From positions 1 through 55,232 of the forward strand of contig CACODD010000004.1 in NCBI GenBank assembly GCA_902625895.1: a stretch of 55,232 bases of DNA, written 5' to 3'. Positions 9,317 to 19,608 of this stretch are shown here, one piece after another. The notes beneath the pieces were generated by a model, which made no database searches, was not told the origin of the DNA, and saw only the letters and a list, made by a program, of their open reading frames with translations. This stretch comes from an uncultured Alphaproteobacteria bacterium (lineage in GTDB: Bacteria; Pseudomonadota; Alphaproteobacteria; Methylaequorales; Methylaequoraceae). The position numbers and the translations under genes are program-made. Within the stretch, counting starts at the first letter, position 1, and each line of letters starts with the position of its first letter.

Positions 9317-10675
9317 TTACTCCACTCTAAATAATCTTTTATTATCTAAATATCTTTTAGAAAAATCAACATTGGATTTAACTAACCTTCCAAAAAAATT
9401 TCTTTTTTCAAAGGTAAAATCAGACGCTTTTTCAGAATGTAACTTTAAATTATTAATATGCAGTTCATTGAAAAGAATTTTCTCTAACTTCTCAAAGATA
9501 AGAGATTCTTTATCTGTAGGAAAATAAATCTTATCCCTCACTAAAAAAACTGGAATCTTAATGCCAGTAATTTCTGAAACTAACTTAAAGAAAATTTTAG
9601 AAACAAGAAAATTCCAGCCAATATCTTTTCCTTTATACAAAAATTTTTGAAGTTTTTGATTATTCATTATGTGATTTTTTATTGCTTCATCTATTTCATT
9701 TGTAGTGAAATTTTGTAATGAAAATTTCTTTTTTTCTCTGAATACAGAATTCAAAAAGCTTGTGGATGTTTTGGACCGAAATCCCTTCATTATTAAATAA
9801 CATAATTGATCATAACCCAATACTTTGGAGAAAGACTTTTGTTGAATAGAAATATTGGAATTTGAAATCAAACTTAAATAATTGGCAAAATAATTTGTCA
9901 AGTCTAAATAGCTTGTTTTCTTATTATTTATTGTTAGTTTATTTTTAATATTCAAAAACAAGTGCAAATCGATCTTATTCCACCAGCAACCTCCAATTAA
10001 TCCTTCGTCTAACTTACCAACCTCTTTTTTATAAAAAATCGAAGAAAACGGAGAAATGGTAATTTTTTTATTGTCACCTCTTACTAAAATCTTTCCTTCA
10101 AAGCTTGGAATATCAAAAAGAGTTTTTGAAATAATTTTATTATAATTTTCTAGAACAACTCTTATCTCTTGGGTGTCATAAGAATCTTTATATTCATAAA
10201 GTTTTCCTTTATTATAAATTAAAAGATATTCTTTTTTTCTATGATTTACTCCTTGCGTGGAGAGTAATTTGATTTTTTCAAATTGATTTATTAATTTTTT
10301 TGAAGATTTAATTCGAGTCAATCTACTTTTTTTTGTTCTAGTGTCATAAAAACCCGCATGAAAATTTATAAGGTTATTTTTAACCAAAAAATTAATAACT
10401 TTTATTAAATAAGAAGATATATTGTTGGGATTATATCTAGATTTTGAGTTATAACCTCTCTTTGACATTGATACTGTAAGAAATTGTTTATCAGACTCAA
10501 TCCAGCAATAGTAAAGCTCAAGCATTAGAATTTTTAAGTGTTTCTTAAATAGAGAATTTTGATCTTCTTTGCAAAGCTCAGAAACACAATCATCAATAAT
10601 TTCTGAACTGATGTTTCTTTGAAAATCTATAGGTCTACTAAAATCAAAATCTAATTGATCAGTTTTGCTTTTCAT
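9317..10675 (-). CDS. Hypothetical protein, probable degenerate PolA/T7-type polymerase-fold family member
   Basis: Intact 452-aa ORF. Family assignment rests on recalled motifs (SRPID, LELYYCW, SRYN, GGCWWN, TSYLDL, PVFLVRDK); see findings. Confidence 0.6.
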   Translation of the reverse strand: MKSKTDQLDFDFSRPIDFQRNISSEIIDDCVSELCKEDQNSLFKKHLKILMLELYYCWIESDKQFLTVSMSKRGYNSKSRYNPNNISSYLIKVINFLVKNNLINFHAGFYDTRTKKSRLTRIKSSKKLINQFEKIKLLSTQGVNHRKKEYLLIYNKGKLYEYKDSYDTQEIRVVLENYNKIISKTLFDIPSFEGKILVRGDNKKITISPFSSIFYKKEVGKLDEGLIGGCWWNKIDLHLFLNIKNKLTINNKKTSYLDLTNYFANYLSLISNSNISIQQKSFSKVLGYDQLCYLIMKGFRSKTSTSFLNSVFREKKKFSLQNFTTNEIDEAIKNHIMNNQKLQKFLYKGKDIGWNFLVSKIFFKLVSEITGIKIPVFLVRDKIYFPTDKESLIFEKLEKILFNELHINNLKLHSEKASDFTFEKRNFFGRLVKSNVDFSKRYLDNKRLFRVE

Positions 10676-10693
10676 AATAGATTCTTATGAATT

Positions 10694-10981
10694 ATGTATT
10701 TTGTAGATTTCTTTTTATACATCATTTTTCAAATTTTGCAGATTTATAAATATGCTGTAATAATTTATGTAATTTTAAGCATGTTAATTTCATTTAATAT
10801 TATTAACACTAACAATAGAATAATTTCAATTGTAATGGATTTTTTATTTAAGTTGATCGAACCGCTGCTTAGGGTTATAAGGAATGTTATCCCAAACTTC
10901 GGTGCAATTGATATTTCACCTGTAATATTAATAATAATAATTGAAGCTTTTCAATATATTATGACAAAATACGGATTCTAA
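10694..10981 (+). CDS. yggT: YggT family membrane protein
   Basis: EPLLRVIRNVIPNFGAIDISP signature. Confidence 0.92.
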   Translation: MYFVDFFLYIIFQILQIYKYAVIIYVILSMLISFNIINTNNRIISIVMDFLFKLIEPLLRVIRNVIPNFGAIDISPVILIIIIEAFQYIMTKYGF

Positions 10982-10982
10982 T

Positions 10983-11879
10983 ATGAGCAATAAAATAATA
11001 GACGGAAAACTTATATCTTCTGAAATAAGAGAAAAGGTTAAAAAATTTGGAGATCAACTTAAAAATAAAACAGGAAAAGTCCCAGGGCTGGCCGTTGTAC
11101 TTGTTGGCGAAAATCCTGCTAGCCGGGTTTATGTTAAGAATAAAATTGAAAAAACAATTGAAGTTGGTTTCAATTCAATTGAGCATAAATTGAATGAGAA
11201 AGTATCTGAGAGCGAATTAATTGATTTAGTTGATAAATTAAATAATGATGAAAATGTACAAGGAATTCTTGTACAATTACCTCTACCAAAACATGTAAAC
11301 TCAGATAAAATTTTAGATAGAATAAAGCCTGAAAAGGATGTTGACGGTTTTCATGCCAATAACGTTGGAAAACTCTGGTCAGGTCTTAATTCACTTGTTC
11401 CTTGCACCCCTTTGGGTTGTAGTATTCTTATAAAAAAGGTCTCAAAAGATCTATCAGGCAAACATGCCGTTATAATTGGAAGGTCAAATATAGTTGGGAA
11501 ACCAATGGCAGCACTACTTCTTGGAATGAACGCGACTGTAACAATATGTCATTCAAGAACAAAAGACTTGGAATCTGTCTGTAAGGATGCTGATATTGTT
11601 GTGGCTGCTGTTGGCATTCCAGAAATGGTTAAGTCAAATTGGATCAAGGAAGGTTCAATAATAATCGATGTCGGTATTAACAGAATTGAAAGAGATACAA
11701 AAAAAGTTCTAGTTGGAGATGTTGATTATGACGATTGTCTAACAAAATGTTCTCTCATCACTCCTGTTCCTGGTGGAGTAGGGCCTATGACAATAGCCTG
11801 TCTCCTTCTAAACACACTTCTTGCATCCTACCCTCAGTTTAACCAACCAATTCCTGATTTATCGTCTATGCTTGAGTAG
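10983..11879 (+). CDS. folD: Methylenetetrahydrofolate dehydrogenase/cyclohydrolase
   Basis: [22 protein letters not shown] and [12 protein letters not shown] motifs. Confidence 0.98.
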   Translation: MSNKIIDGKLISSEIREKVKKFGDQLKNKTGKVPGLAVVLVGENPASRVYVKNKIEKTIEVGFNSIEHKLNEKVSESELIDLVDKLNNDENVQGILVQLPLPKHVNSDKILDRIKPEKDVDGFHANNVGKLWSGLNSLVPCTPLGCSILIKKVSKDLSGKHAVIIGRSNIVGKPMAALLLGMNATVTICHSRTKDLESVCKDADIVVAAVGIPEMVKSNWIKEGSIIIDVGINRIERDTKKVLVGDVDYDDCLTKCSLITPVPGGVGPMTIACLLLNTLLASYPQFNQPIPDLSSMLE

Positions 11880-13061
11880 TTTAAGCCTGAGTGCGTTTAA
11901 TTTTATGAACCCCTCAGCATCTTTTTGGTTATAAATTGAGTCTTCTTCAAAAGTTGCCATTTCACTGCTATAAAGACTATTTTTTGACTTTCTTCCGAGT
12001 ATAATAATATTTCCTTTATAAATTTTTAACTTTACAGTACCCTCGACATTTGATTGCGATTTATCAATCAATGACTGTAACATTTCTCTTTCTGGAGTAA
12101 ACCAGAAACCATTGTAGATTAATTCTGCATATTTAGGCATTAATTCATCTTTCAAATGAGCTGAAGATTTGTCAAGTGTAATACTTTCTATTGCTCTTCT
12201 TGAAGCAAGAAGAATTTCTCCTCCAGGAGTTTCGTATACACCTCTTGATTTCATGCCTACAAATCTGTTTTCAACAATATCAATTCTTCCAATTCCATTT
12301 TCACCACCTATTTTATTTAATCTAGCGAGAAGTTTAGCAGGTGATAGTTTTTCTCCATTAATAGAAATTAAATCTCCCTTGAAAAACTCTAAATCAATTA
12401 TTGTTGGGGTGTTAGGAGCATCCTCACAAGAAATCGTTCTTGTGTACATTGACTCGTTTGGCTGCGCCCAAGGATCCTCCAAAATTTTTCCTTCATACGA
12501 TGTATGCAGGAGATTTGCATCCATTGAATAGGGAGGCTCATAACTATTTTCAGGTGATACAGAAATTTGTGATTTTTTGGCATATTCTATTAAATCCTTT
12601 CTAGACTTTAAATTCCATTCTCTCCAAGGAGCAATAACTTTAATTTTTGGGTTTAATGCATAATATCCCAACTCAAATCTAATTTGATCATTACCCTTTC
12701 CCGTTGAACCGTGTGCAACGAAGTCTGCGCCTACTTTTTTCGCAATTTCAAGTTGTTTTTTTGCTATTAATGGTCTTGCTATAGATGTCCCTAGAAGATA
12801 GTAACCTTCATAAACTGCATTAGCCCTGAACATTGGAAATACATAATCTTTAACGAAGTCTTCTTTTAAGTCATCAATAAAAATTTCTTTTACTCCAAGT
12901 TTTAAAGCCTTATCCTTGGCTTCTTTGACCTCACTTCCTTGTCCAATATCAGCAGTGAAAGTTACAACTTCTAAATTTCTTTCATTTTGAAGCCATTTTA
13001 AAATTACAGATGTATCAAGTCCTCCAGAAAAGGCTAAAACAACTTTTTTTTTCTTATTCAT
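11859..13061 (-). CDS. argG: Argininosuccinate synthase
   Basis: [20 protein letters not shown] and [12 protein letters not shown] motifs; ATG 13061 preferred. Confidence 0.98.
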   Translation of the reverse strand: MNKKKKVVLAFSGGLDTSVILKWLQNERNLEVVTFTADIGQGSEVKEAKDKALKLGVKEIFIDDLKEDFVKDYVFPMFRANAVYEGYYLLGTSIARPLIAKKQLEIAKKVGADFVAHGSTGKGNDQIRFELGYYALNPKIKVIAPWREWNLKSRKDLIEYAKKSQISVSPENSYEPPYSMDANLLHTSYEGKILEDPWAQPNESMYTRTISCEDAPNTPTIIDLEFFKGDLISINGEKLSPAKLLARLNKIGGENGIGRIDIVENRFVGMKSRGVYETPGGEILLASRRAIESITLDKSSAHLKDELMPKYAELIYNGFWFTPEREMLQSLIDKSQSNVEGTVKLKIYKGNIIILGRKSKNSLYSSEMATFEEDSIYNQKDAEGFIKLNALRLKLLKHRR

Positions 13062-13069
13062 AAAGTTTA

Positions 13070-13594
13070 CTATTTCTTTTGGCAAGCTTCATTTATTTGC
13101 TGGTATGCTTTGCTGAAACCCATTAAAGAATAGGTATCTGTTGTTATCGTTCCTCTTGTTGAAGTTCCAACAACTTTCATTTTCATAGATGACTTTAAGA
13201 ATTTAATAATTTTTTCATCGTCAGGAGGACTAAAGCTCCATGCTCTTGATCCTGACGTAAATAATTGAAATTTTGCATCGCCAACAGTGATTTCTGGGTT
13301 ACTATCTGCTTTATAATTGTATCCAGCCACTATACTGAACTCATTCCATTTATTCTGACCAGGCAAATGAGTAATAACAGCAAAAATCTCACCTCTTCTT
13401 TTATAGTTACCTTCTGCTTTTTTTGGTTTTGAAACTGCGAGGCAGGCTAAGTTTTTTCCTTCACCTTCTGCATAAGCACTCCAATCATTAAATTTTCCTA
13501 GTTCCTTGGATTTTATTTCAGTAAATACAAAAATTACAAAAATGGTTAGCAAAAATTTATAAGTTATTTTTAAATTCATTATTTTTATTGACAT
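13070..13594 (-). CDS. Invasion-associated locus B (IalB)-family periplasmic protein
   Basis: Signal peptide, LGKFNDW, Cys pair and [23 protein letters not shown]-terminus typical of the alphaproteobacterial family. Confidence 0.75.
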   Translation of the reverse strand: MSIKIMNLKITYKFLLTIFVIFVFTEIKSKELGKFNDWSAYAEGEGKNLACLAVSKPKKAEGNYKRRGEIFAVITHLPGQNKWNEFSIVAGYNYKADSNPEITVGDAKFQLFTSGSRAWSFSPPDDEKIIKFLKSSMKMKVVGTSTRGTITTDTYSLMGFSKAYQQINEACQKK

Positions 13595-13635
13595 ATTAGC
13601 TAATAAATTGCAAGAGACTATAATTCAAATAAGAT

Positions 13636-14499
13636 ATGTACCCAATTTTTTTACTTGTTTCGTCCTGTTTTCTCTTTTCAGTCCTCGCTGCTTTGATAAA
13701 ATTTGGCTCTCAGTTCATTCATCCCATCGAACAAGCATTCTTTAGGAATTTAATTAGTATTTTATTACTTATTCCCTTTGTTATTCAAACTAAGAAAATA
13801 ATTAATAAAAGTAGTAATATCAAACTTTTAGTTTTAAGAGGAATCTTTGGTGGTATCACAATGATTCTTCTTTTTTGGTCTTATTCACTTATTCCCCTTT
13901 CACAAGCCATGGCGGTTAGCTTTAGCACTCCTCTTTTTATTTATCTAGGGGCGATATTATTTTTTAAAGAAAAAACTTCTAGACTAAATAATTTTATAAT
14001 TCTTCTTGGATTTATCTTAACTATCATAATAATTCGACCAGACTTAGAAATAAAATTTGGAGTTATTCTAGCGCTTATTGCTGCAATAACTCACGCTATA
14101 GCAGGTTTGTTGGTAAAAAAAATATCAAAAAATGAATCTGTAATCACTCTAATGTTTAGTATGGTGTTATTGATGACTCCTATCGCTGGTATTCCTACTA
14201 TGATGGTTTGGTCAACACCAAATATTCAACAATTATACTTATTGGTTATTATTTCAGTTATAGCAACACTAGGGAATTTTTGTTGGACAAAAGCTCTAAG
14301 TATAACAAAGTTGACAAATTTGATGTCTTTTGATTTTTCTAAATTGTTATTTACTACTATATTGGGATTTATTTTTTTTGATGAGAAAATTGATCTTATA
14401 ACAATAATCTGTGGATCTGGTTTAATTTTATGTTCAAATATTAAGTTTATTAGTGTTAGAAGAAATGAGAAAAATAAAACCATTTTACCAGATAATTAG
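13636..14499 (+). CDS. DMT/EamA family transporter
   Basis: About 10 TM segments; FFRN, LRG, LSQAMAVSFSTPLF and IIIRP patterns. Confidence 0.9.
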   Translation: MYPIFLLVSSCFLFSVLAALIKFGSQFIHPIEQAFFRNLISILLLIPFVIQTKKIINKSSNIKLLVLRGIFGGITMILLFWSYSLIPLSQAMAVSFSTPLFIYLGAILFFKEKTSRLNNFIILLGFILTIIIIRPDLEIKFGVILALIAAITHAIAGLLVKKISKNESVITLMFSMVLLMTPIAGIPTMMVWSTPNIQQLYLLVIISVIATLGNFCWTKALSITKLTNLMSFDFSKLLFTTILGFIFFDEKIDLITIICGSGLILCSNIKFISVRRNEKNKTILPDN

Positions 14500-15304
14500 T
14501 TGTTTTTTTTTTGCAATTCTTGGCGTCCAAATAAAAAAGTTACTTTTAATAGATAACATAGAAAACCTTGTCTTCTACAGATCATTTTTTGGGATGTTAT
14601 TATTATTGATAACCATTTTATTGACTCAAAAAAGGGTATTTTTTTTGATAAACACAGGAAATATTAAAATTCACATTTTTAGATGTCTTTGCGGAGTATC
14701 AGCCATGTATTTCGGATATCAATCTTTGATGTTCCTTACATTAGCTCAAGCCAGTACAATTGGATTTACAAAAGTTTTTTTTACCTGTTTAATTTCATTT
14801 TTTATATTCGCAGAAAAATTAAACTTAAAACTGATCGTTTTAATATTTTTAGGATTTCTGGGAATTATTTTGATTACAAGACCGGGACAAATTCAGAGTG
14901 ACACTGGTGTATACATGGCTTTATTCTCTGCGATATGTGTATCAGGAGGTATTATTTCGATATCTTATTTGAGTAAAAGGGAAGAAACTTTAACTATACT
15001 TTTTTATCACTCTCTTTTTTCTACAATTATTTTTTTTTCAATTTTTTATAGTAAAATTTCTTTTAAATCTTTTGATTTAATTGGGAGCTATTTTTTAATA
15101 ACTTTAACAGCATTACTTGGACAATATTTTAACACGGAATCCTATAAAAACTTTGAAACAAAAAATGTTGTTATTCTTAGTTACTCTAGAATAATTTTTT
15201 CTACAATATTTGGGTTTATTTTCTTTGACGAAAAAATAAATTTTATGAGTTTAGTCGGAATATTAATCGTCTGTTTAACAAGTTTCTTAGTTCAAAAAAA
15301 ATAG
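14465..15304 (+). CDS. DMT/EamA family transporter (tandem paralog)
   Basis: Same architecture as the upstream gene (FYRS, LAQASTIGFTK, LITRPG); ATG 14465 preferred. Confidence 0.88.
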   Translation: MRKIKPFYQIISCFFFAILGVQIKKLLLIDNIENLVFYRSFFGMLLLLITILLTQKRVFFLINTGNIKIHIFRCLCGVSAMYFGYQSLMFLTLAQASTIGFTKVFFTCLISFFIFAEKLNLKLIVLIFLGFLGIILITRPGQIQSDTGVYMALFSAICVSGGIISISYLSKREETLTILFYHSLFSTIIFFSIFYSKISFKSFDLIGSYFLITLTALLGQYFNTESYKNFETKNVVILSYSRIIFSTIFGFIFFDEKINFMSLVGILIVCLTSFLVQKK

Positions 15305-15305
15305 A

Positions 15306-16346
15306 TTAAGGACATGGGTATGGATTTTCATCATGAATTTTTTCAATTTCAGAAATTACATCATCTGTTAAATTAATTCTGAAGGAATTAATATTATCCT
15401 TTAGCTGTTCTAAATCAGTTGCGCCAATAATATTACTTGTTAAAAAATCTCTTGAATTTACAAAACCTAAAGCCATTTGCACTGGCGTTAGACCATGCTC
15501 TCTGGCAAGGCTGTTGAATTTTTCTGAGTATTTTAAGCCCTTCGGCTTTGTATACCTTGTATACATGTTTGAATATAGGGTCAGTCTAGCTCCGTCAGGC
15601 TTTGCTCCGTTGTCATATTTTCCTGTTAACATTCCAAATGCTAGAGGCGAATAAGCTAATAATCCACATTTCTCTCTAATTGATATTTCTGCCATTCCTA
15701 CCTCATAACTTCTGTTTAAAAGAGAGTAGGGGTTCTGAACAGAAACAATTCTTGGAAGACCAAACTTTTCAGCTAAGGAAAGAAATTTCATTAATCCCCA
15801 GGGAGTTTCATTAGAAAGACCAATATATCTTATTTTACCCTTTTTTACATTATCTGAAAGAACTTCAAGTTGAAGTTTTAAATCAATAAAATCAGATTCT
15901 TCCTCAAATTTATAACCTAATTTCCCAAAAAAATTTGATTGTCTGTCTGGCCAGTGCAATTGATATAAATCTATATAATCTGTTTTAAGTCTTTTTAAAC
16001 TACCATCTATTGCTTCATTAATTTGTTGTTCGTTAAGTCTAGTTTCCTTATTACGAAACCACTTCATGCCAGATCTTCCAACTACCTTTGAAGCGATAAT
16101 TACTTTGTTTCGGCATTTTCTAGATTTTAGCCAATTACCAATGATTTTTTCTGTAATACCCCATGTTTCTTTTTTTGGGGGCACAGAATAAAGTTCAGCG
16201 GTATCAAAGAAATTTACGCCTTCAGAAATTGCCAAATCCATCTGCTGAAAACCTTCTTCTTCAGAATTTTGTTCGCCCCAAGTCATTGTTCCTAGGCAAA
16301 TTAGACTTACGTCGATATTTGTATTACCTAACTTGTTATATTTCAT
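15306..16346 (-). CDS. tas: NADP(H)-dependent aldo-keto reductase, Tas family
   Basis: ICLGTMTWGEQN, FFDTAELY, DLYQLHWPDR, GLSNETPWG and QNPYSLLNR motifs. Confidence 0.9.
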   Translation of the reverse strand: MKYNKLGNTNIDVSLICLGTMTWGEQNSEEEGFQQMDLAISEGVNFFDTAELYSVPPKKETWGITEKIIGNWLKSRKCRNKVIIASKVVGRSGMKWFRNKETRLNEQQINEAIDGSLKRLKTDYIDLYQLHWPDRQSNFFGKLGYKFEEESDFIDLKLQLEVLSDNVKKGKIRYIGLSNETPWGLMKFLSLAEKFGLPRIVSVQNPYSLLNRSYEVGMAEISIREKCGLLAYSPLAFGMLTGKYDNGAKPDGARLTLYSNMYTRYTKPKGLKYSEKFNSLAREHGLTPVQMALGFVNSRDFLTSNIIGATDLEQLKDNINSFRINLTDDVISEIEKIHDENPYPCP

Positions 16347-16454
16347 AATAAAATAAAAATCTTGATTTAAAAATTTTGTATCATATTTTAACTATAAATA
16401 ATAATAGTAGTATATTATACTACATGTAAAACATTTAAAATAAGGAGTTTAAAA

Positions 16455-17186
16455 ATGGCTTACGACTATGAAAGAGATCTAAAATCCAAATCTACATCTA
16501 TTGATATAGATTTAGGTCTTAGAGCCTACATGAATAAGGTCTATTCTTTTATGGCAGTTGGTTTGGCACTCACTGGTGTCATCGCCCATCTTACATCAAC
16601 GTTGGCTTTCAATTTTACCACCAATACCTACACATCTTTTGGTGCAGCTATCTATGGTTCGCCTCTAGCATTTTTAATAATGCTGGCACCATTAGGTTTC
16701 ATTATTGCTTTAAACATGGGTATTGCAAGAATGAAGGAAAGTACTGTTCAAATCCTATTTTGGGCATTTGCTTCTGTGATGGGACTTTCTCTATCATCAA
16801 TTTTCATTCAGTACACTGGTGAATCAGTTGCTCGAGTATTTTTCATATCTGCCGGAGCTTTTGGAGCTCTAAGTCTGTACGGTTACACCACCAAAAAGGA
16901 TTTAACAGGTTGGGGCTCGTTTCTGTTTATTGGACTAATTGGTATATTGATAGCTTCAATTGTAAATATCTTCGTAGCTAGTACCGCGCTTCAGTTTGGA
17001 ATTTCAGTAATTGGTGTTCTAGTATTTGCAGGACTTACTGCCTATGATACTCAGCGCATTAAGGCAATGTACTTTGATGGTTCTGGACAAGAAGGTAAAA
17101 AAGCAATAATGGGAGCTTTGACTTTATATCTAGATTTTATCAACCTCTTCATCATGCTAATCCAATTATTTGGGCAAAGAAGATAA
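16455..17186 (+). CDS. Bax inhibitor-1/YccA family membrane protein
   Basis: GLRAYMNKVY, YGYTTKKDL, AYDTQRIK and ALTLYLDFINLF; strong AAGGAG RBS. Confidence 0.95.
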   Translation: MAYDYERDLKSKSTSIDIDLGLRAYMNKVYSFMAVGLALTGVIAHLTSTLAFNFTTNTYTSFGAAIYGSPLAFLIMLAPLGFIIALNMGIARMKESTVQILFWAFASVMGLSLSSIFIQYTGESVARVFFISAGAFGALSLYGYTTKKDLTGWGSFLFIGLIGILIASIVNIFVASTALQFGISVIGVLVFAGLTAYDTQRIKAMYFDGSGQEGKKAIMGALTLYLDFINLFIMLIQLFGQRR

Positions 17187-17200
17187 TATAAAATATTCGT

Positions 17201-17228
17201 AGTTGGTAGGGCTAACACCCTACCGGCT
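17201..17228 (+). other. GC-rich RNA hairpin downstream of yccA, no U-tract
   Basis: AGTTGGTAGGG-CTAACA-CCCTACCGGCT forms an 11-bp stem with two G:U pairs on the + strand. Confidence 0.65.
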
Positions 17229-17243
17229 CAACTCAACAAACTC

Positions 17244-17915
17244 TTGAAAAAATTCACGTTTCTTTTTATCTTTTTTACTCTTTTCTTACCTTCAATATCA
17301 GTTTCAAACATAACAGCTGAGAAACTCAATTTTAATGTTTACAGAAATGGCTCATTAATTGGTTATCACAACTTAGATTTCTATGAAGAAGATGGTCTGA
17401 TTGAATCAAATATTGAAATAAAGTTCGAAGTTACTTTTCTTGGTTTTGTAGTGTATGAGTATTTTCATAAAAATCATGAAAAATGGATGAATAACACGCT
17501 AGTTTTTATGGAGGCCAGTACCGACAATAATGGTGACTTGTTGGACTGTAAAGTTAATAAAAAAGAAAACAAGTTTAAAATTTTGGGAACTCATGGCGAT
17601 TTTACAATTGATAAAAAAATCACACCAACGACATACTGGAAGTTTGACCAATTAATTTCTGGAGAGAAAAATAAAGTTTTGAATTCTCAAGATTGTAGTT
17701 ACATAAATTTTGAAATTAAATACCTCGGAGATGAAATGATTTATGATAATTTACTTAAAGCTTCACGTTATAAACTATTAGGTAAAGAGTTTACTGGTGA
17801 TGATGTAAATATTGACATCTGGTATAAAGATAAAAAATGGGTAAAAATGATTTTTCTAAAAGATGGGAGTACAGTTGAGTATTTTTTAAAGGAATATGAC
17901 TATAAAAAAGAATAA
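17244..17915 (+). CDS. Secreted protein, DUF6134-like
   Basis: Signal peptide, FNVYRNGSLIGYH, YEYFHKNHEKW, PTTYW and IDIWY patterns. Confidence 0.65.
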   Translation: MKKFTFLFIFFTLFLPSISVSNITAEKLNFNVYRNGSLIGYHNLDFYEEDGLIESNIEIKFEVTFLGFVVYEYFHKNHEKWMNNTLVFMEASTDNNGDLLDCKVNKKENKFKILGTHGDFTIDKKITPTTYWKFDQLISGEKNKVLNSQDCSYINFEIKYLGDEMIYDNLLKASRYKLLGKEFTGDDVNIDIWYKDKKWVKMIFLKDGSTVEYFLKEYDYKKE

Positions 17916-18657
17916 AGTTGCATGGATTACTGGTGGGGGCACAGGTATTGGAAAAGAACTTGCCCTAATTCTTGCCAAACAAGAATATGACGTCATTATA
18001 AGCGGAAGAAGAAAGGAGAAATTAATAGAAACAGCAAATATATATAAGAAAAGAATTCATCCCATTTCTTTGAATGTCAATAACCCAAATCAATGTTTGA
18101 AAGTTTCAAAGTCTATTTACAAAAAATTTAAAGACATTGATTTACTGATTCTCAATGCTGCAATTTATAGTCCAGGATCAATTACAAAAATTTCTACAGC
18201 AGAAGCTAAAAAAGTTATAGATATAAATCTTTTAGGTGCAATCAATGTTCTTTCGCCTGTAGCTAAAGAAATGCAGAAAAATAAAAGAGGTCACATTGTT
18301 TTTGTATCTTCCCCAGCAGGTTACCAAGGTTTACCAGGTGGAGGGTTCTATGGTGTTACAAAATCAGCCTTAACGTTTTTGGCCGAGACTTTGAACATTG
18401 AATTTCATAAAAGTAAAATCAAAGTACAGGTTGTAAACCCAGGTTTTGTGAAAACACCAATGACAGATCAAAATCCTTTTTTTATGCCTTTTTTAATGAC
18501 GCCGCAGAATGCTGCAAAAAAAATTTATAAAAAACTAGAGAGTAAACAATTTGAAATCTTTTTTCCTAAAAAACTTATTATCCCCATGAAATTCTTAAGG
18601 TTATTACCCTACAGTATTTATTTTTTTCTGATTAAAAAATTAATAAAACTTCCCTAA
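17896..18657 (+). CDS. Short-chain dehydrogenase/reductase
   Basis: WITGGGTGIG, YGVTK catalytic YxxxK and VNPGFVKTPMT. Confidence 0.93.
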   Translation: MTIKKNKVAWITGGGTGIGKELALILAKQEYDVIISGRRKEKLIETANIYKKRIHPISLNVNNPNQCLKVSKSIYKKFKDIDLLILNAAIYSPGSITKISTAEAKKVIDINLLGAINVLSPVAKEMQKNKRGHIVFVSSPAGYQGLPGGGFYGVTKSALTFLAETLNIEFHKSKIKVQVVNPGFVKTPMTDQNPFFMPFLMTPQNAAKKIYKKLESKQFEIFFPKKLIIPMKFLRLLPYSIYFFLIKKLIKLP

Positions 18658-19058
18658 TGAAAAAAGCCTTACAAAAATATCTTAGTCGCTTTGAAAGACT
18701 TCAGGACAATAAAATAGATGACCTGTTATCTAACGTTTCTGAAAACTTCATATTCGAAGACCCATTTCAAAAAATAAAAGGTAAGAGTCAATTCAAAGCT
18801 TTACTCAAAAAAATGTTTAAAAGGCTAAAGAAACCAAAATTTAAAATCATAATGGTTTATGAACATAAGCTTGTAAATGTTGTTAAGTGGAATTTTAGTT
18901 GTGAGTTTCTAAAAAAAACAATCTCATTTTCAGGTATGAGTGAAATTTATATTAAAGAAAAGTTAATTACAAAGCATATTGATTATTGGGACTCTGGTAG
19001 AAATTTTTATTCACATCTTCCATTAATAGGCTCAATTTTTAAAGGAATTCATAAATAG
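18657..19058 (+). CDS. SnoaL/NTF2-like protein
   Basis: FEDPF and HIDYWDS motifs. Confidence 0.85.
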   Translation: MKKALQKYLSRFERLQDNKIDDLLSNVSENFIFEDPFQKIKGKSQFKALLKKMFKRLKKPKFKIIMVYEHKLVNVVKWNFSCEFLKKTISFSGMSEIYIKEKLITKHIDYWDSGRNFYSHLPLIGSIFKGIHK

Positions 19059-19589
19059 TTAATTAATTTTTAAGAATGTTATAGATACTACTCCAATATT
19101 AAGGCCCCACTTTTTTACTTCTGCCCTATTCATAAGAATATTTCTATCTTGTAAAAACATCCAATCATCAAAATCAACTAAGATTGTACTGTCACCAACT
19201 TTCAAATTAAGCTTATATTTCCAATTAAGAGCATTACCTTCAGATATCCCTGTAGCTTCTCCAACAACGTCTGAAGCGGTACCACTATATTGATTATTTC
19301 CTAAAATCTTGATAGTCCAAACTCTTGAATCTTGTTCTCCATCGTCATATAGAAATTTTTCATCAAGCGTGAGTGTACTAGATTCTATTGTCCCAGTAAT
19401 GTCTACTTTAAATGTTCTCTTTAAATTACCAAATCTATCATGAAACATTCCCCAGGCCTCTGTCTTGCCTTCAAAATAATCTTCCAAAGTTAATGTTGGC
19501 TGACTTCCTTTGAACTTTTCTATATTCATCTGACTACTACAAGAACTAATTAAAAAAATTAAAATAGTAAAAAAAAATCTCATCGTCAT
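19059..19589 (-). CDS. DUF3833 family lipoprotein
   Basis: Lipobox ISSC; LEDYFEGKTEAWG, LDEKFLYDDGE and VDFDDWM. Confidence 0.85.
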   Translation of the reverse strand: MTMRFFFTILIFLISSCSSQMNIEKFKGSQPTLTLEDYFEGKTEAWGMFHDRFGNLKRTFKVDITGTIESSTLTLDEKFLYDDGEQDSRVWTIKILGNNQYSGTASDVVGEATGISEGNALNWKYKLNLKVGDSTILVDFDDWMFLQDRNILMNRAEVKKWGLNIGVVSITFLKIN

Positions 19590-19608
19590 TAAATTTATTT
19601 AAATAATA

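Noticed and set aside
16361-16388. RpoH-like promoter (CTTGAT...CATATT) upstream of yccA
   Set aside because: Only a partial match in very AT-rich sequence; cannot be distinguished from chance.
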